DNA of 64,000 bases, taken from assembly GCA_030324005.1 (NCBI GenBank), contig JARDVH010000073.1:67763748-67827747 (forward strand). Direction: 5' to 3'. The notes under the pieces were generated by a model that worked only from the letters and a program-made list of their open reading frames with translations, did no database searches and was not told where the DNA came from. Below are positions 1-13,947 of this stretch, one piece after another. The position numbers and the translations under genes were made by a program. Within the stretch, counting starts at the first letter, position 1. The number at the start of each line of letters is the position of its first letter. The DNA comes from Negaprion brevirostris (Eukaryota).

Positions 1-160
1 ATCCACATCATGACTTCTATGAGACAGCCAGTTGCTTATCCAATTGGCCAAGTTTCCTTCTATCCCACACCTTATCTTCTTCATGGAGAACCATGGGGAA
101 CCTTATCAAACGCCTTACTAAAATGCATGTATATGACATCAACTGCTCTACCTTCGTCCA
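1..160 (-). mobile_element. CR1-clade LINE RT fragment
   Basis: Minus strand reads AVDVIYMHFSKAFDKVPHG. Confidence 0.7.
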
Positions 161-194
161 CACAAATCCGTGTTTGTGAAAAAGGACAGAAATG

Positions 195-1130
195 ATCCGC
201 CGGTGAAGGTGTTAAACTGGAAGAAGGCTAACTATGACATTAGGCAGGATCTGGTGAATGCAGACTGGGGAGGCTGTATGAGGGTAAATTGACATACGAC
301 ATGTGGAGTCTTTCAAATGTCAATTGATTGGAATTCAGGATTGGTATGTACCTGTGAGGAAGAAGGACAAGTGTATAAAGTATCAGAACCCTGGATAACG
401 AGGGATGTCATGAGCCTTGTCAGAAAGAAAAAGAAAGCATTTGTAAGATCTAAAAGGCTTAGGACAGATGAAGCCCTTGAAGAAAATAAAGAAAGTAGGA
501 AAGAACTTAAGGAAGGAGTTAGGAAGACCAGAAGGGGTCAGGAAAAGTCCTTGGCAAACAGGATTAGAGAAAATCCTACCGTATTTTATACATAAGTAAA
601 AGAGCAAGAGGGTAGCCAGGGGAAGGGTTGATTCACTCAACAATAGTGGATGGAATCTATGCATGGAACCAGAGAAAATAGGTGAAATACTAAATGATTA
701 CTTTGCCTCAGTATTCACCAAAGGTAAGGACTTGGTGGATGAGGAGCCTTGGGTAGGATGGGATAGATATTCTGGATCAAATCGCTTTCAAAAAGATGGT
801 GTTGGTCATCCTAAAAAGCATTGAAGTAGATATGTCCCCAGGGCCTGATGGGATCTACTCCAGAGTACTGAGGGAGGCAAGGGTGGAAATTGCCGGGCCC
901 TTGACAGAAATCTTTGTATCCTCACTGGCTACAGGTGAAGTTCCAGAGGACTGGCAAATAGCCAGTGTTGTTCCAGTGTTTAAGAAGGGCAGCAGGGATA
1001 ATCCTTACGTCAGTGGTAGGGAAATTATTGGAAAAGATTCTTAAGGAGAAGGTTTACTCTCATTTGGAAACAAATACTATTATTAGTAATAGGCAGGAAG
1101 ATTTTGTGAAGAGGGGTCATGTCTCATTAA
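195..1130 (+). mobile_element. CR1/HER1 LINE, decayed ORF2 fragment
   Basis: ORF pieces LANRIRENP, SPGPDGIYSRVLRE, VPEDWQIASVVPVFKKG. Confidence 0.85.
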
Positions 1131-1134
1131 CTTA

Positions 1135-1925
1135 CCAATGAATGTGAGATTATTCACTTTGGAAGCAAAAAAAAGAAGGGAGATTACAATTTCAATGGCT
1201 ATAGATTGGATGAGTGGAATGTGCAACGGGACCTGATGTCTTTGTATACCAGTTGCTGAAGGTAAGCGTGCAAGTGCAGCAGGCCTTCATTGCGAGAGAT
1301 TTCAAGTTACAGGAGCAGAGATGTGTTGCAATTATACAGGACCTTGGTGAGGCCACACCTAGAGTAATGTGCGCAGTTTTGGTCTCCTTCTCTGACAAAG
1401 GCTGTTCTTGCTCTTGAGGGAGTGCAACAAAGGTTTACCAGGCCTATTCTGGGGATGGTGGGACTGATGTATGAGGAGAGATTGACTGACTGGGTTAGAA
1501 TTGCTTTTGCTGGAGTTCAGATGAATGGGGAGGTGTGGGGTGGGAGGTGGGAAGGGATGGGATCTCATAGAGGCTTATAACATTCTAACAGGACTAGACA
1601 GGGTATATGCAGGGAAAACATTCCTGGTGGTGGGGGAGTCCAAAACCAGGGATCACAGTCTGAGGATTCAGGGTAGACCATTTAGGACAGAGATGAGACA
1701 TTTCTTCATCCAAAGAGTGGTGAGCCTGTGGAATTCGTTACCACAGGAAGTAGTTGATGCCAAAACATTGAATGTATTCAAGAGGTGGNNNNNNNNNNNN
1801 NNNNNNNNNNNNNNNNNNNNNNNNNNNNATTGAGTTGGATGATCAATGATGGTCATGAATGTCAGAGTAGAATCAAGGGGTCAAATAGCCTTTTCCTGCT
1901 CCTGTCCTCTATGTTTCTATGTTTA
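1135..1925 (+). mobile_element. CR1 LINE 3' fragment
   Basis: FRTEMRHFFIQRVVSLWNSLPQEVV; ends in a (tctatgtt)n tail. Confidence 0.8.
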
Positions 1926-1929
1926 ACTT

Positions 1930-3085
1930 AATCAAGTTTCTGAAGGAAATGATAAAAGGCAAAGGCAGTGGACTTCACTAAAGCCTTTGACAAGGTACCT
2001 CATGTTAGACTGCTGTGAAAGGTGAAGTCACATGGGATCAGAGGAGAGCTAGCTAAATGGATATAGAACTGGCTTGACCATAGAAGATAGAGGGTAGCAG
2101 TAGAGGAATGATGTTCTGAATGGAAGGCTGCGACTAGTGGTGTTCCAAGGGGATCAGTTCTGGAACCTTTGTTGTTCATAGTATATATGTGATTTGGAGG
2201 AAATGTAGCTGGTCTGATTAGTAAGTTTGCAGATAGCACAAAAATTGGTGGAGTTGTGGATAATGAGGAGGATTGTCAGTGGATACAGCAAGATATTGAC
2301 TGGTTGGAGACTTGGGCAGAGAAATGGCGGATGGAGTTTATTCCAGACAAGTGTGAGGTAATACATTTTGGAAGGTTGAATGCAGGTAGGAATTATACAG
2401 GAAATGGCAGAACCCTTAGCAATGTTGATATGTCAATAGAGTAGTCAAGAAGGCATATAGCATGCTTGCCTTCATTGGTCGGGGCATTGAGAATAAAAAT
2501 TTTAGGTCATGCTGCAGCTGTACCGAACCTTAGTTAAGCTTCATTTGGAACATTGTATACAATACTGGTTGCATGCTATCAAAAGGATGTGAATGCTTTG
2601 GAGAGGCTACAGAAGATGTTTACCAGGATGTTGCCTGGTCTGGAGGGTACTAGCTTTGAGGAGAGGTTGGATAAACTCAGTCTGTTCTCACTGGAACAAT
2701 GGAGCTTGAGGGGTGACCCTCAATGGAGGTTGAGGGGTGAGATTTACAAGATTATGAGTAGCATGGATGGAGTGTATAGTCAGTTGCTCTTTCCTAGGTA
2801 GAAAAGCCAAGTGCTCAGGGATGTTGGTTTAAAATGTGTGGGGAAAAGTTTAGAGGAGATGTGTGAGGCTAGTTTTTTTGCACAGAGGGTGGTGAATGTC
2901 TGAAACGTGCCAACCTGGAAGGTAGTGGGAGTAGGCATGATAGCGGTATTTAACGGGCAATTAGACAAATATATGAATGGAAGGATACAGACTCAAGTGC
3001 ACACGGTTTTAGTTTAGACAGGCATCAAGATTGGTGCATGCTTGGAGGGCTGAAGGACCTGTTCCTCTGCTGTTTTGTTCATTGT
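1930..3085 (+). mobile_element. CR1 LINE 3' fragment (RT to 3' UTR)
   Basis: KAFDKVPH, GVPRGSVL, WAEKWRMEF, ERLQKMFTRMLPGL motifs, plus a CR1 3' tail. Confidence 0.85.
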
Positions 3086-3094
3086 TCTTTGTGA

Positions 3095-3456
3095 ACGTAG
3101 CCCTGATTCCGTCTATACTTCCTGCTGTCTTGGAAAAGCAGCCTGCATAATAAAGGATCCCTCACACTCCAGATGTATTCTCTTCTCCCACTTTTTGTCA
3201 GGAAAAAAGATACAAAAGTCTGAGATTGCGCACTAACTGACTCGAGAACAGCTTCTTCCCTGCTGCCATCAGACTTTTGTACGGACATACTTTATCTTAT
3301 GTAGATCTTTCTCTACACCCTAGTAATGACTGTAACACTATATTCTGCCCTCTCTCCTTGCCTCCTTCCCTGTGTACTCTAACAGTATGCTTTGTGTAGT
3401 GCGTGGTACTATTCACTGTATCCCAATACATGTGACAATAATAAATCAAATCAAGA
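3095..3456 (+). mobile_element. Rex1/Babar-like LINE 3' end
   Basis: Decayed IIKDPSH...SGKRYKSL...LENSFFPAAIRLL; ends aataataaatcaaatcaa. Confidence 0.65.
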
Positions 3457-3944
3457 ACTGTGCCAAAAATTTACATTTTAATCAAAGGTTTTATTGTAAA
3501 GTATACAACAAAACGCATCCTATTAACAACACTATATCTTGTAAATACTCTAAATCCAAAAACTCAACAAACCACTTCATGTATTTTTATTTCCATCCAG
3601 TTGTTTCCCAAGCTTTACAGGATCTTGAGGGTTCCTTCACTTCTACTGGCATCAAACCAACCTGTTCCACAGCTTTCATATAATCATTTTGACTCTCCTC
3701 ATTTCCCTCCATTCTCTCAGATTTCTTTTGGGGTTCTTCCATGAGCTTCCATGAGCCAGGTGGCCCTCCAATTTTCTTAAAACTTCATGATTGTGGACAA
3801 CTTAACTCAAGCATGGGCCTCACTGCACTCTTGCTTAGTGGCACCCTTTGCGTGTGATGGCTCTCAGCTACTGTCTACAGTTCCTGGCAGATTCTCAACT
3901 TGTCTCAAAGCTGCTTCCAGACTAACTAGATTTGTCTTTCTGTT

Positions 3945-4195
3945 AGAAATAAGAACATAAGAAATAGGAGCAGGAGTAGGCCATCTAGCCCTTCGAGCCT
4001 GCCCCGCCATTCAACAAGATCATGNNNNNNNNNNNNNNNNNNNNNNNNNNNNNNNNNNNNNNNNNNNNNNNNNNNNNNNNNNNNNNNNNNNNNNNNNNNN
4101 NNNNNNNNNNNNNNNNNNNNNNNNACAGTACTCCAGCTGCGGCCTCACCAGTGCCCTGTACAGTTGCAGCAAGACCTCCCTACTTTTATATTCAA
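3945..4195 (-). mobile_element. CR1 3' end spanning an assembly gap
   Basis: aagaacataagaaataggagcaggagtaggccat tail; the same tail occurs at 53648 and, inverted, at 62160-62227. Confidence 0.7.
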
Positions 4196-4611
4196 TCCCC
4201 TAAAAAAAAGTTTAATCTGAGAGATTAAAATTTTAAACTTAAAAAAACTCCCTGCAATCTATCCATGCCATGCCAATGTGCCACACCTGGGATGGTTGAG
4301 TGAAGATTAAAGTCATTATCTCCAACTTTAGACCTTCCCTTAGTTACCAGTTGCTTTCAAACGCTTCTTTGATCTGGAGAAGTTTTTACCCCTTATTGAG
4401 ACAGCTGCAGACTTGTTGTCCCCGTCACAAACTCAGAATGGTCACTCCTTCCACTTCCAATTCCAATTCTGGCTTTATTAAATAAACAAAGGTAACCTTT
4501 TCAATTGCAATTACACTAAATCAATTTCCCAACTTTCCAAACTAGATGTTTCCATTTATCTTAACACTCTCAAAATTTTCAATACTCAAACTAAAAGTTA
4601 TATTCCTAGAA

Positions 4612-4770
4612 CGTATAGAATCATAGTGCAGAAGGTGGCTATTTGGTCCATCGAGTCTGCACCAACAACAATCCAGACCCAGCCTTTCCCCATAACCCCA
4701 CATATTTACCCTGCTAATCCTCCTGAAACTAGCAGGTATTTAACATAGCCAATCAACCCATCCAGCACGT
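4612..4770 (-). mobile_element. HE1-like SINE 3' fragment
   Basis: Similar to the 3' half of the copy at 44945-45257. Confidence 0.6.
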
Positions 4771-5336
4771 CACATGAATCATGAAATTACATATAATGAG
4801 ATTAAATATGTAAATTCAGAAATGATTTAATTAAGCCTTAGTCTCATGAAAAAAATAACTACAGCATCTCATTAGTACATATCGTCTCTCCAGTAAAGAA
4901 CATCCCATTTTTAAAATTTTGTTATTGCATTTGTATTTTCAAGTACTAGACAACATCCTGATGAATTTACACAGAATTGTCTATATTGCTGCAACATCCA
5001 TTCTGTAGGATCGAGCCCAAAGCTGCATACAGTTTTCTAGCTAATCTTACTAAGTCTTCTAATGTCTTGTGAACCTTTACCACCAAATCCCTCTGCTCTT
5101 GTGTGGTAGCCAACTTTCTTCCATTCAAAGTATAATTATCACTTTTTTAATGAAATTAATAACCTCACATTTATTGCCAGTGAATTCCATCTGCCATAAT
5201 TGGTGTCGTTTTCAAAGACTGGTATGAGGGCTAATATGGAGTACCCCAAACCTGGATANNNNNNNNNNNAGATTACATGGAGAATAGAAATGGAATTGAA
5301 TTTTTTTTTAAAGTAGTAAACTTTTCTTTTCTTTAG

Positions 5337-5555
5337 AGATGTATGGAGACCAAGAACACGTTACTTGCCCGGCAAAAAGATATGCAGTCCTCGTTGGAAA
5401 AAGTGAAACGGCTTATCCATCTGATCCAGGGTATACAACTCTCAAAAAATGCCACACTGACAGATGAGGCGATCAACAACCCCACAGACTGCGTGAACTC
5501 CCCCACCACTGCATCTTCGCCAGTGAACTGTGACAGTAACTCAGAGACCAAGTAG
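5337..5555 (+). CDS. PHF21A: PHD finger protein 21A-like (BHC80 family), terminal coding exon
   Basis: Polypyrimidine tract and AG at 5335-36, then RCMETKNTLLARQKDMQSSLEKVKRLIHLIQGIQLSK...NCDSNSETK*. This matches the recalled PHF21A C-terminus ([37 protein letters not shown]...EETK). PHF21B or another paralogue is not excluded. Confidence 0.85.
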   Translation, partial: RCMETKNTLLARQKDMQSSLEKVKRLIHLIQGIQLSKNATLTDEAINNPTDCVNSPTTASSPVNCDSNSETK

Positions 5556-6505
5556 CTGAAAGAAAGGGCTGGATTCTGTAGAACTTGTAAACCTTTCTGG
5601 GAACAAAATTGTGACAGGCGGTTCCTGATTTGCCAATTTAAGGGGGATTCTGTGCTGGATTGTGTTCTTTTAGATCCATATTGGGAGTACCAGCTGGGCA
5701 AGAACCAGCATCAAGCCAAGTGAAAATACCAGTGTGTGCCTGCTGCCACCAGTTTGGTTTTAAGTTTGTCTACTCTTCAGGGAAATAGGTAGAAAACAAT
5801 GGCAGAAAATTAGTGAGCTGTCCTGGGCTTGAATTGCAGTCTCACAATTCCCAAGTCCAGGATTATTTGAGCAGAATAGCAGACATTTAGACAATGCAAC
5901 ATGATGGGAAAAAAATGTGCAGAATTGAAAGGATCGGAGGCATGAGGACAGAGCGGTAGCAATCATTGACTGACTGAAGCTGTGAAGGTTGAATCAGAAG
6001 TACGGACAGAGACAGGTACATTGTGTAATGAACACAGCACAAAGTACAGAGATTCTCTTATTTTAAATACAAAAAACAGAAATGTAGGTTTATTATTGGG
6101 ATTGGTAGGCGGTGGCACCAAAACCATGCATGGCTTATGATGAAGAGTATTTCTTTTTTAATTTAAAAAAAAGTAATGTGCTTGTTCATTGTGCAAGTAA
6201 GTTTTTCAGTGTCTTGGGCACTGGAAAGACATAAAAGGGACAGACTGAATTTGTCCTGAGATTTTTGGGTTTTTAAAGCTTAGGGAAATATTCAGGTCTT
6301 CCTAGTGTNNNNNNNNNNNNNNNNNNNNNNNNNNNNNNNNNNNNNNNNNNNNNNNNNNNNNNNNNNNNNNNNNNNNNNNNNNNNNNNNNNNNNNNNNNNN
6401 NNNNNNNNAGTGTTACAGAAATTAGATCAAGTGAACTGTTGAGTGCTTTTATTTCCTAACGAGGTGATTTATAGAAAACAAAGTGTTAGAAATTGAGCAG
6501 ATTCT

Positions 6506-6572
6506 GTATATATAAATATATATATATACACACAGACAAACACACACACATATATTAAAAATTGTGTATATA
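6506..6572. repeat. (TA)n/(CA)n compound microsatellite
   Basis: Directly visible. Confidence 0.7.
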
Positions 6573-8879
6573 TAAAAAGAAAAAAAACACAAATCTGTTA
6601 TCGTCTGAACTGCCAAATGCTTCTATATTGAACCTGCAGGGAATGATCTTCAGTTTACTGGGGAATATACTGGAACAATTTTACAGTTCTTACTATTTCC
6701 ATCTTTTCGAAAAGTGGATTGAAGGTCACAGGTAACAAGATCAGTTAAATAAAATGGTCATAGGTCATCAGTTGTGTAAAGAATGCAAAAGTCTGTTGTC
6801 TGTTGTGCAAGTACAGCCAGAATGGAAATTTATATTATCTTTGCATTAATATTTAATGTTGGTTGTACTTATCTCACATATCAGGTGTGCTTGCCTTTAC
6901 ATTTGGCACCAGGTGAAAATTTCAGCCATTTATACTTACATTTGTAATTATTAGCCAAACAATGTGCAGATGGAAGAGACTATTAATGATGAGTTTCTTC
7001 TAAATCAGTTATGCGGGGAATTTAGTTTTCCTTATTGATGCCTGCCCAACTTTACAATGGTACATATACAGAACAGGGCTTTGGCAAGGCCGTGGAGATA
7101 AGGAGGGATTCATCTAGATACAGTCACAATATTCTGTTGTTATTTAGTGATGGTCTTTTACAATGTTTTTAACCCAATTCTGGAACATAACTCATTAAAG
7201 ATATTTTTAATAGAATTGATATTCAGCACAAGTGATTTAAAAAAACAATCAGGCAAACAAAGAAAACTGTCTTAAAACCAAAAGCTGAAAGCTCTTTCAA
7301 AATTAGTTGACAACCAAATGACTGCTGGTGAGAACTGAAATAGTAATTTAAATAAATGAAAATGGTTGCAGAAACATTTCTGAATGTAAATCAAAATCTT
7401 TCTGTTTTTCTTTATTCTCTATCCCCTTGATATTGGTACTTCTCTCAATGCTCCCACATGCATTTTCACACTCCCTTTTCTTTTCAACCAGGCAGTCCAG
7501 TATTGCAGGTATCTCATTGCTTTCTTAGGACTGTTCCAGTTCATCCACCAAGATGCCTAGTTAAGTAGGAAGCTAGAAACTGATATTCAGATTAAAGATT
7601 TGATACATCATGAATTTGTTTCAAAGTTGACTTTAAATATCTAGCAGTTGATAACTGCAATGAGCTGATAAATATTTCTCCTTAAGTTCGACCATAGCGC
7701 GTTTGTGTTGATGTTGTTTCCCTACTGATCTTGGTCTGTCCTCATCATGGATGTATCAAGATTAGCTCATCCCTGACCTGTTGCCAGAAGAAATGTCAAA
7801 TATGCCATGTACCTTCCGTTCCTATGTTATAATCATATTTAGTAGTCCTGCATTACGATACCACTTTTTACAGCACAATTTTTGTATGTCAAATATATAG
7901 TAATAAACAGCTGGCCCTGAATTTAAGGCTATAAATTGATCAGCATGTTTTGCTAATGTTCTCAAACCATCTTTCATTAAAGTTATCTTCAGTAACCACT
8001 TGAGTCAATAGCTTTTGCAGCTCATTGTCAGCTCTTCACCACCTATTAATTTCAATTATCTTATTGTTGATCATTGAAGTAAACTAACTTTACAGTTATT
8101 TATTCATTCAGAATACTTTCCAGAAGCTTTCTAGATGACTTGTTTGGTAAAACTAATGTTTTAGTTCAGAGGTTTATGCTAAGTTAGTGAATGGTGCTAG
8201 AGAAATCGGTTGTTGAAGCCTGTGCTACAGTATTCGATACTTCTAAGGAAAGGAAAATCAGGTAATATTTCTGCCTTTTACTCACCAGTGTTTTCTCTTG
8301 GAAAGCATAACTGTGCAGGCATTAGAAACCTACAGACCATGGCTTGACTACAACGCCCTCTATAGTCATTCACTGCCTAGGCTAATGCATAAGGATGCAA
8401 CTTGCTTGGGTCAGTGGTACCTAATGATACTCTATGGAAAGGACTAGAGGTGTAAAATTGGAAAAGAACAATCGTAATCATGTTCAGANNNNNNNNNNCT
8501 GCATCTAAGGTTCTGGTTGAAATTTGTATATTTCAGAAAAATTTGTTTTGCTTTTGAGCAGTGATTTTTTTTTAACTTGTAGATATAACTCCCAGTCGTT
8601 GCAATTCAATCATGCTTAACAGTTTCTGCCAATGAACTTGCATTTGCTATGAAATGAAACCGGATCTGATACAACAGAAACAACTTGCATTCATATATGG
8701 GAAATAGACAACTAATCCATCTGCTGCTGCCAACCTAACCCCTCCCTCCTTGTTACCGTGTGCCTGTATAATGCACAGATCCTGCATCACTTGCGACAGG
8801 TAGCATCAGCAATGTTCAACATTTTTCATGAGGCTAAAGTATTGAATAAACAAGTTTGTTCATGAACATTAATCTCATT

Positions 8880-9965
8880 ACCATCTTTTGCCTTGCAGCA
8901 TCAATATTTTTGTCATATCTCTCTATCTTCCATCCTATCACAAAACTTTAACTTTGTTCTTTCCCCTTCCCCATTTATTCCCATCTTACTTGCTTAAAGC
9001 TTATACATCTTTAACAAGTACAGATGAAATCTCATCAACCTGAACATTAGCTATTTCCCACCTGACTGATGTTGCTTGATCTGTTGAGTGTTTCCAATAT
9101 TGAATAGAATTGCTGAGAGAAGCAAGCAGTGCAAATGAAACATTGAACAGTCCAGTATAATATGAAATTTGTGGGGAAAAAAAATCATAATTAAACAAAC
9201 CACTTGTACAAGATCCTGTGATATCTTTCAGAAATTGAGGTAAAAGGATTTTTAGAGAAATTATTAATCAAGTCTTTTCAGCAACAGTTGCATACTTTGA
9301 AAGGCTGTTCACCAGAATTAAACAGTTGATTAATCAAACTTTTACAACCTATAAACAAACGCGTAATATCACTTGAGGGTATTGCAGAGAACTGCAGACG
9401 TATGAACGAATATGTTGTAAACTCTCAACAGATCAGGCAACTTCTGTAGAAATAGGATTAATATTTCTGATTGCGAAACCCTTTGTCAGAACCAATTTTT
9501 GTTTTACGATGAAGACTGCAAAACTGGGAGAGGAGAATGGAAGTGAAATAGAATTATAATAAGGTAGTTGTGGGAGTCGAAGTAGTTGAAATTGTTAGCA
9601 GTTTATTCCTGCAGGTAGAGTTAGAGGGGTTGAGAAAAAGATAAGGTATGAGTCAGAGATGAACCAGAAGGGAAGGGATGGTGGAATTTAGAATCAAAAT
9701 GTATAAATCCAGCTCGGCAAGAATAGAGACTGCACCAGAAAAAGTCAAGGAAGGCACCGGAGTAGGATTGGAGTGAAAAATGTCAGGCATAGCTTGGGTT
9801 CTGGGCTCCCTTGGCAACATATTTCAGAGGAAGTGAGTGGAGTTAAAGGAAATGTTGTCAGCATGACAAAAAGATCGTAAGATTTGAAAAATTAACTCTA
9901 CCTAGCGATGAGGCCAAGTTCTTCCAGCTTTTTCTGTTTTTATTTAAGATTTTCAGTCTCTAATA
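8880..9965 (-). mobile_element. Decayed Penelope-like element cluster: RT fragment (-, ~9500-9862) with terminal-repeat remnants
   Basis: Minus strand gives NISFNSTHFL / VAKGAQNPSYA / QSYSG, resembling the PLE RT motif NFSFNSTHFLQxKGVAMGTRMGPSYA. Flanking repeats resemble 19385-19586. Confidence 0.55.
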
Positions 9966-11379
9966 TTTGCTTTGCTATGAGTTTGGACAGTTTGATACAA
10001 ATTCACCCTCCAGTGTCTATTTGAACACATTCCCTAGTGCCGTACTTGAAGTGCGTCTGACTTCATTGATTTTCAGAAACATCCAGCCTTCGGCTAACAG
10101 CCTGTCCAGCTGGGATGGATGAAGTGGCATTGTCAATCAGCACATTATCATGTCAAGCTTTTACTATGGCCATAAACAACACATAGCTCATCCAAACGAA
10201 CATGGTGGTATTTAATGGCAATGTTCACTTTATCTTATGTGATGTTTAATACTGTTTAGAAAGCAGTTAAAAAGAGGTTTCTTGAGTTCTGCTTCATTAT
10301 TGCTGGTGAAAATTCCAATTGCATTTAATCTTAAATGAAAGCATGTTAGGATTCCTTTTCTGCCAACAATAAAGGTGCATCTTGCACTGCTTCTGTGTAA
10401 CAAGGAATTGTGGTCAGTTTATACAGGAAGGGTTGCCCTAGATCACATAGGGACTACAACTATGCAGTGCCAATATAATGTTTCAGTATTCTTTCAGCAT
10501 TAGTCACTGTGCAATGCTTTGTGACCATACTCTTTACTGTGCAGGTAGAGAATCAGGTTATTCAACAGAATCAACAGAGAACCAGTATTCCTGTTCAGTA
10601 TCTTCTTGTGTACGGTAATCTGAACTGTGTAATACTTTATCTGCATGTAACATGTCTTTTACAATTATGTTCTCAATATTAAGGTGCAAGATTACCTGGT
10701 TTGGGCTTTGTCTTGTGTGGAATTTGCAAATAACACAGCTATGCCGCTAAACTTCACTAAAGACAACCATCTCCTATCCTCCCACCTGCCACTTTTCTAA
10801 AGAATGCATGAATATATTTGTTTCATTGTGTAATAGGTCCATTTTGGATAATTTTTCGCCAATCAGGTTTGTTTTCCCCATCCACATGGAAACCAGGTTC
10901 CCTGCAGTTCTCTTATCTAGATAACATAAGTAGGTGTTTGTCACAACCCAACTAAAGTAGCAATGCCATCTGCCATAATGCCACAGTTAATCAATCCATT
11001 ACTGGAGTATATGGATCAATATTTCTTCCCAAATGGCATGACAATAAACTCTCTCAATGCCATGCAGTATAGTAAGCAAAATATAACTGTACCACAGCAT
11101 TTAGTAGAACCTTCTAACAGTATTAGATGGTTAACATTCCATACTTTCTCCATATCATGAATAGAAAGTACATTACCTCTCTTTCTATTAGTGCATACAG
11201 AACCCTGTGCCTTATTTTAGAGACCAAAACATCTGGGGATCTCCAGGGTGTCTCAGCTGCATAACATATCAGGTATAACATATTTTCTTCTCTGCCTTTG
11301 TATCTCATCACAATGTATGGCATGGGTAAATGCACCAACATTGCTATACTTACATCAACTAACCGTTAAATCATTACAA

Positions 11380-11865
11380 AGAATGTACAGCACAGAAATT
11401 GGTCGATGTTGGTGTTTATCTTCTCACTGAATATCAGATAGTCATATTACCATAGCTCACCATTCCATTCCCCCTCTTGTACTTGACTAGCTTCCTCTTA
11501 AACGCATGTATGCTGTTCACCTCATTTACTTCATGTGATGTGTTCCACATTCTAACTACTTAGTCAAAGAAGTTTCTTCCTAATTGGATATATTAGTGGC
11601 TACCTGATGTTAATTCCTAGTTTTGGACTGCCTGTCAAGTGGCACCATTTTCTAAATGTCAACCCTATCTAATCCCTTCGTTCTTTCAGAGATCACTTAC
11701 AGGCCTCTACCCCCTCTCCACCCCAAAGCCCCAAGTTGTTCAATCTTTTCTGATAGTCATAGTGCAACAGTTCTGATGTAATCCTTGTAAATCCTTTTTT
11801 GGCATATTGGCCACACCTTTATCCATTTTACAATATGGAGATCAGAATTGTGCCCAATACTGAGT
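11380..11865 (-). mobile_element. Old CR1 3' fragment
   Basis: gttccacattctaact, atccttgtaaat and cagaattgtgcccaatact hallmarks of reversed CR1 3' ends. Confidence 0.55.
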
Positions 11866-13947
11866 AATAAAACAAGCTCAAACTATTTCACACCATATAG
11901 TTTTTCTGAGAAAGTAGCAACATTTAATTTATCATTTTGCCTTTTCTGTGCAGGGAACACGTGATCTCGGTTTGCAAGTCTAAGGTATGTGTGTCTACTT
12001 CAATAGACATACTGTGCCATTTCTTAATGGGCAGGATAAAATTTCAGCATATCCATGTACCAGATTGGCTGATTAAGTATCCCAACCAGCCTACTTTTTT
12101 TTGCAGCTGATGTGTGCAAGTGGATGGGCTTTTAAATTTTTTTTCATAGCTACTGATGCAGTAACTTAAGCTAACTTATGCGTGGCTGACGCAGGAACCC
12201 TGCAGTTTTGAGAACGTTGATCCCAGCTAAGTACTATTACTCATTATACTTTTTCATCCATGTAGCTAGACCTGCAGCTTGGCCTGTTATTGGTTTTGTA
12301 TTAACATAACTCACTTGCTCTGGTACGTGGTTTTTTCTGACAATCTGTACACAGCTATCCTGGTCAGGAAAGTTTTCACTTAGGGCTTGTATCTAATATG
12401 TTGCACTCTTCAGAAGTTCCCCTTGGGATACTTCCTTGATTAATATTTAATAGCCTGTACATTCTTGATTAACAGTTCAAATGTTGGGAACCCCATTGAT
12501 TCTCATGACAATGCTTTTATAAAATAATCAACTCGTAGTCCTGGAATTCCATTCCACATACATTCCGGGTACTGTTGTCCAATAGACATTATTGACTAGC
12601 CACAAATGTGGCCACACAACTTTGTTCAGCAAAGTGCACTAATTTTAGCATAAAACATCTTTCATTCACACACGCTTTGCAGATGTATATGTACTTAGAA
12701 ACATCTAACTCATTTCAGTAACCAAGGAAGTAAATCACCCACAACAATAAAAAAAATCCACTTTTAGTAATGCCATTTTCCCAACAAATGCTTCTGCAAT
12801 CATTAAGTATTAACATTACGTAACTACTGAGATTACATACCCAAAGACAATGTGGAGCTGTATGTGGCTATTGGCTAATTCTTTCATGGAACGTGGATGC
12901 TGCTGGCTAGGGTTGCCCATCCATAATTTTCCTTGAGATGATGATGGTGAGCCACTTTGTTGAACCCTACCCATGTGGGACCAATATGTTTGATTTAGGC
13001 GTCCTCAATTTAGATAAATGAAAAGACTGGAAGGATCTGGTTCTGCTATGTAATTGCTTTTTGCTGTGGTTACCTGCTGATGGCCCTAATTAACTAGGAA
13101 AATATGTAAAGAATGAAGTCTTGAACAAGGATTGTGGATGATTGCCTTTTGGGCGGAGGGGGGCATGGGGAGAGAGAGGGGTGCACTAGTAAAAGAAGAA
13201 CAAATCTATTTCAAATTAACAATGATGTGCATGGTGTTGGATTTTATTTTGCAATCCTTTCAGTTGGGATCATTTTGATGTTTCTCTCATGTCATTGTAG
13301 TTTTCTAAAAATTAACTACTTACACCCAACTTCAAGCAATTGCTGAAGTCTATTGAGTTTGAACTCTGACAATTAGCTGGAAGATTGCCCAAAGACGTTT
13401 AATTGAGGAGTCCATAAAATTTTTCAGAGCTGGATCAGTACTAGTGCAAGAGTTTATGATTCTGAAAGTAGCCTCCTCTTTACGGTGGTCAGATAACCTG
13501 CTGACGTTGGCTCACGTAAAAAATGCCCACTTGTGAAAATTACAGGTAGTCAGGTGCCTGATGGAACTATATGTCAATCTGAGTCAGTATTTTTTCAAGA
13601 AATGAAGCAGGCTTGGAAGTTATATTGGGTTACGGTGCAGATACGTGTACATTTTAGTCTTGTGCATGTGCATTGAAAGGTATATTTACCCCACTAATAT
13701 TGTACTGGTATTTTACATTCAAAAATGTTACATTTACATGAGCTAGAAATCTGAACCTATCCATTTTACTGGAATGATTATAGAGGATAATGCAACAGTG
13801 ATTCCTTCCAGCATGCCCTCTCCAGAGCATTGAAAATGTGGCTCTATTAATGATCTGTTTTCCATTCTTGCCCTTCTTGGGATTTTTGTTTTAGAAAATA
13901 AAATGTTATTTTTAGAACGTTATTTCTATCTGTTTTTTGATGAGTAA

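Noticed and set aside
5333-5701. 122 aa minus-strand ORF
   Set aside because: Antisense shadow of the PHF21 terminal exon.
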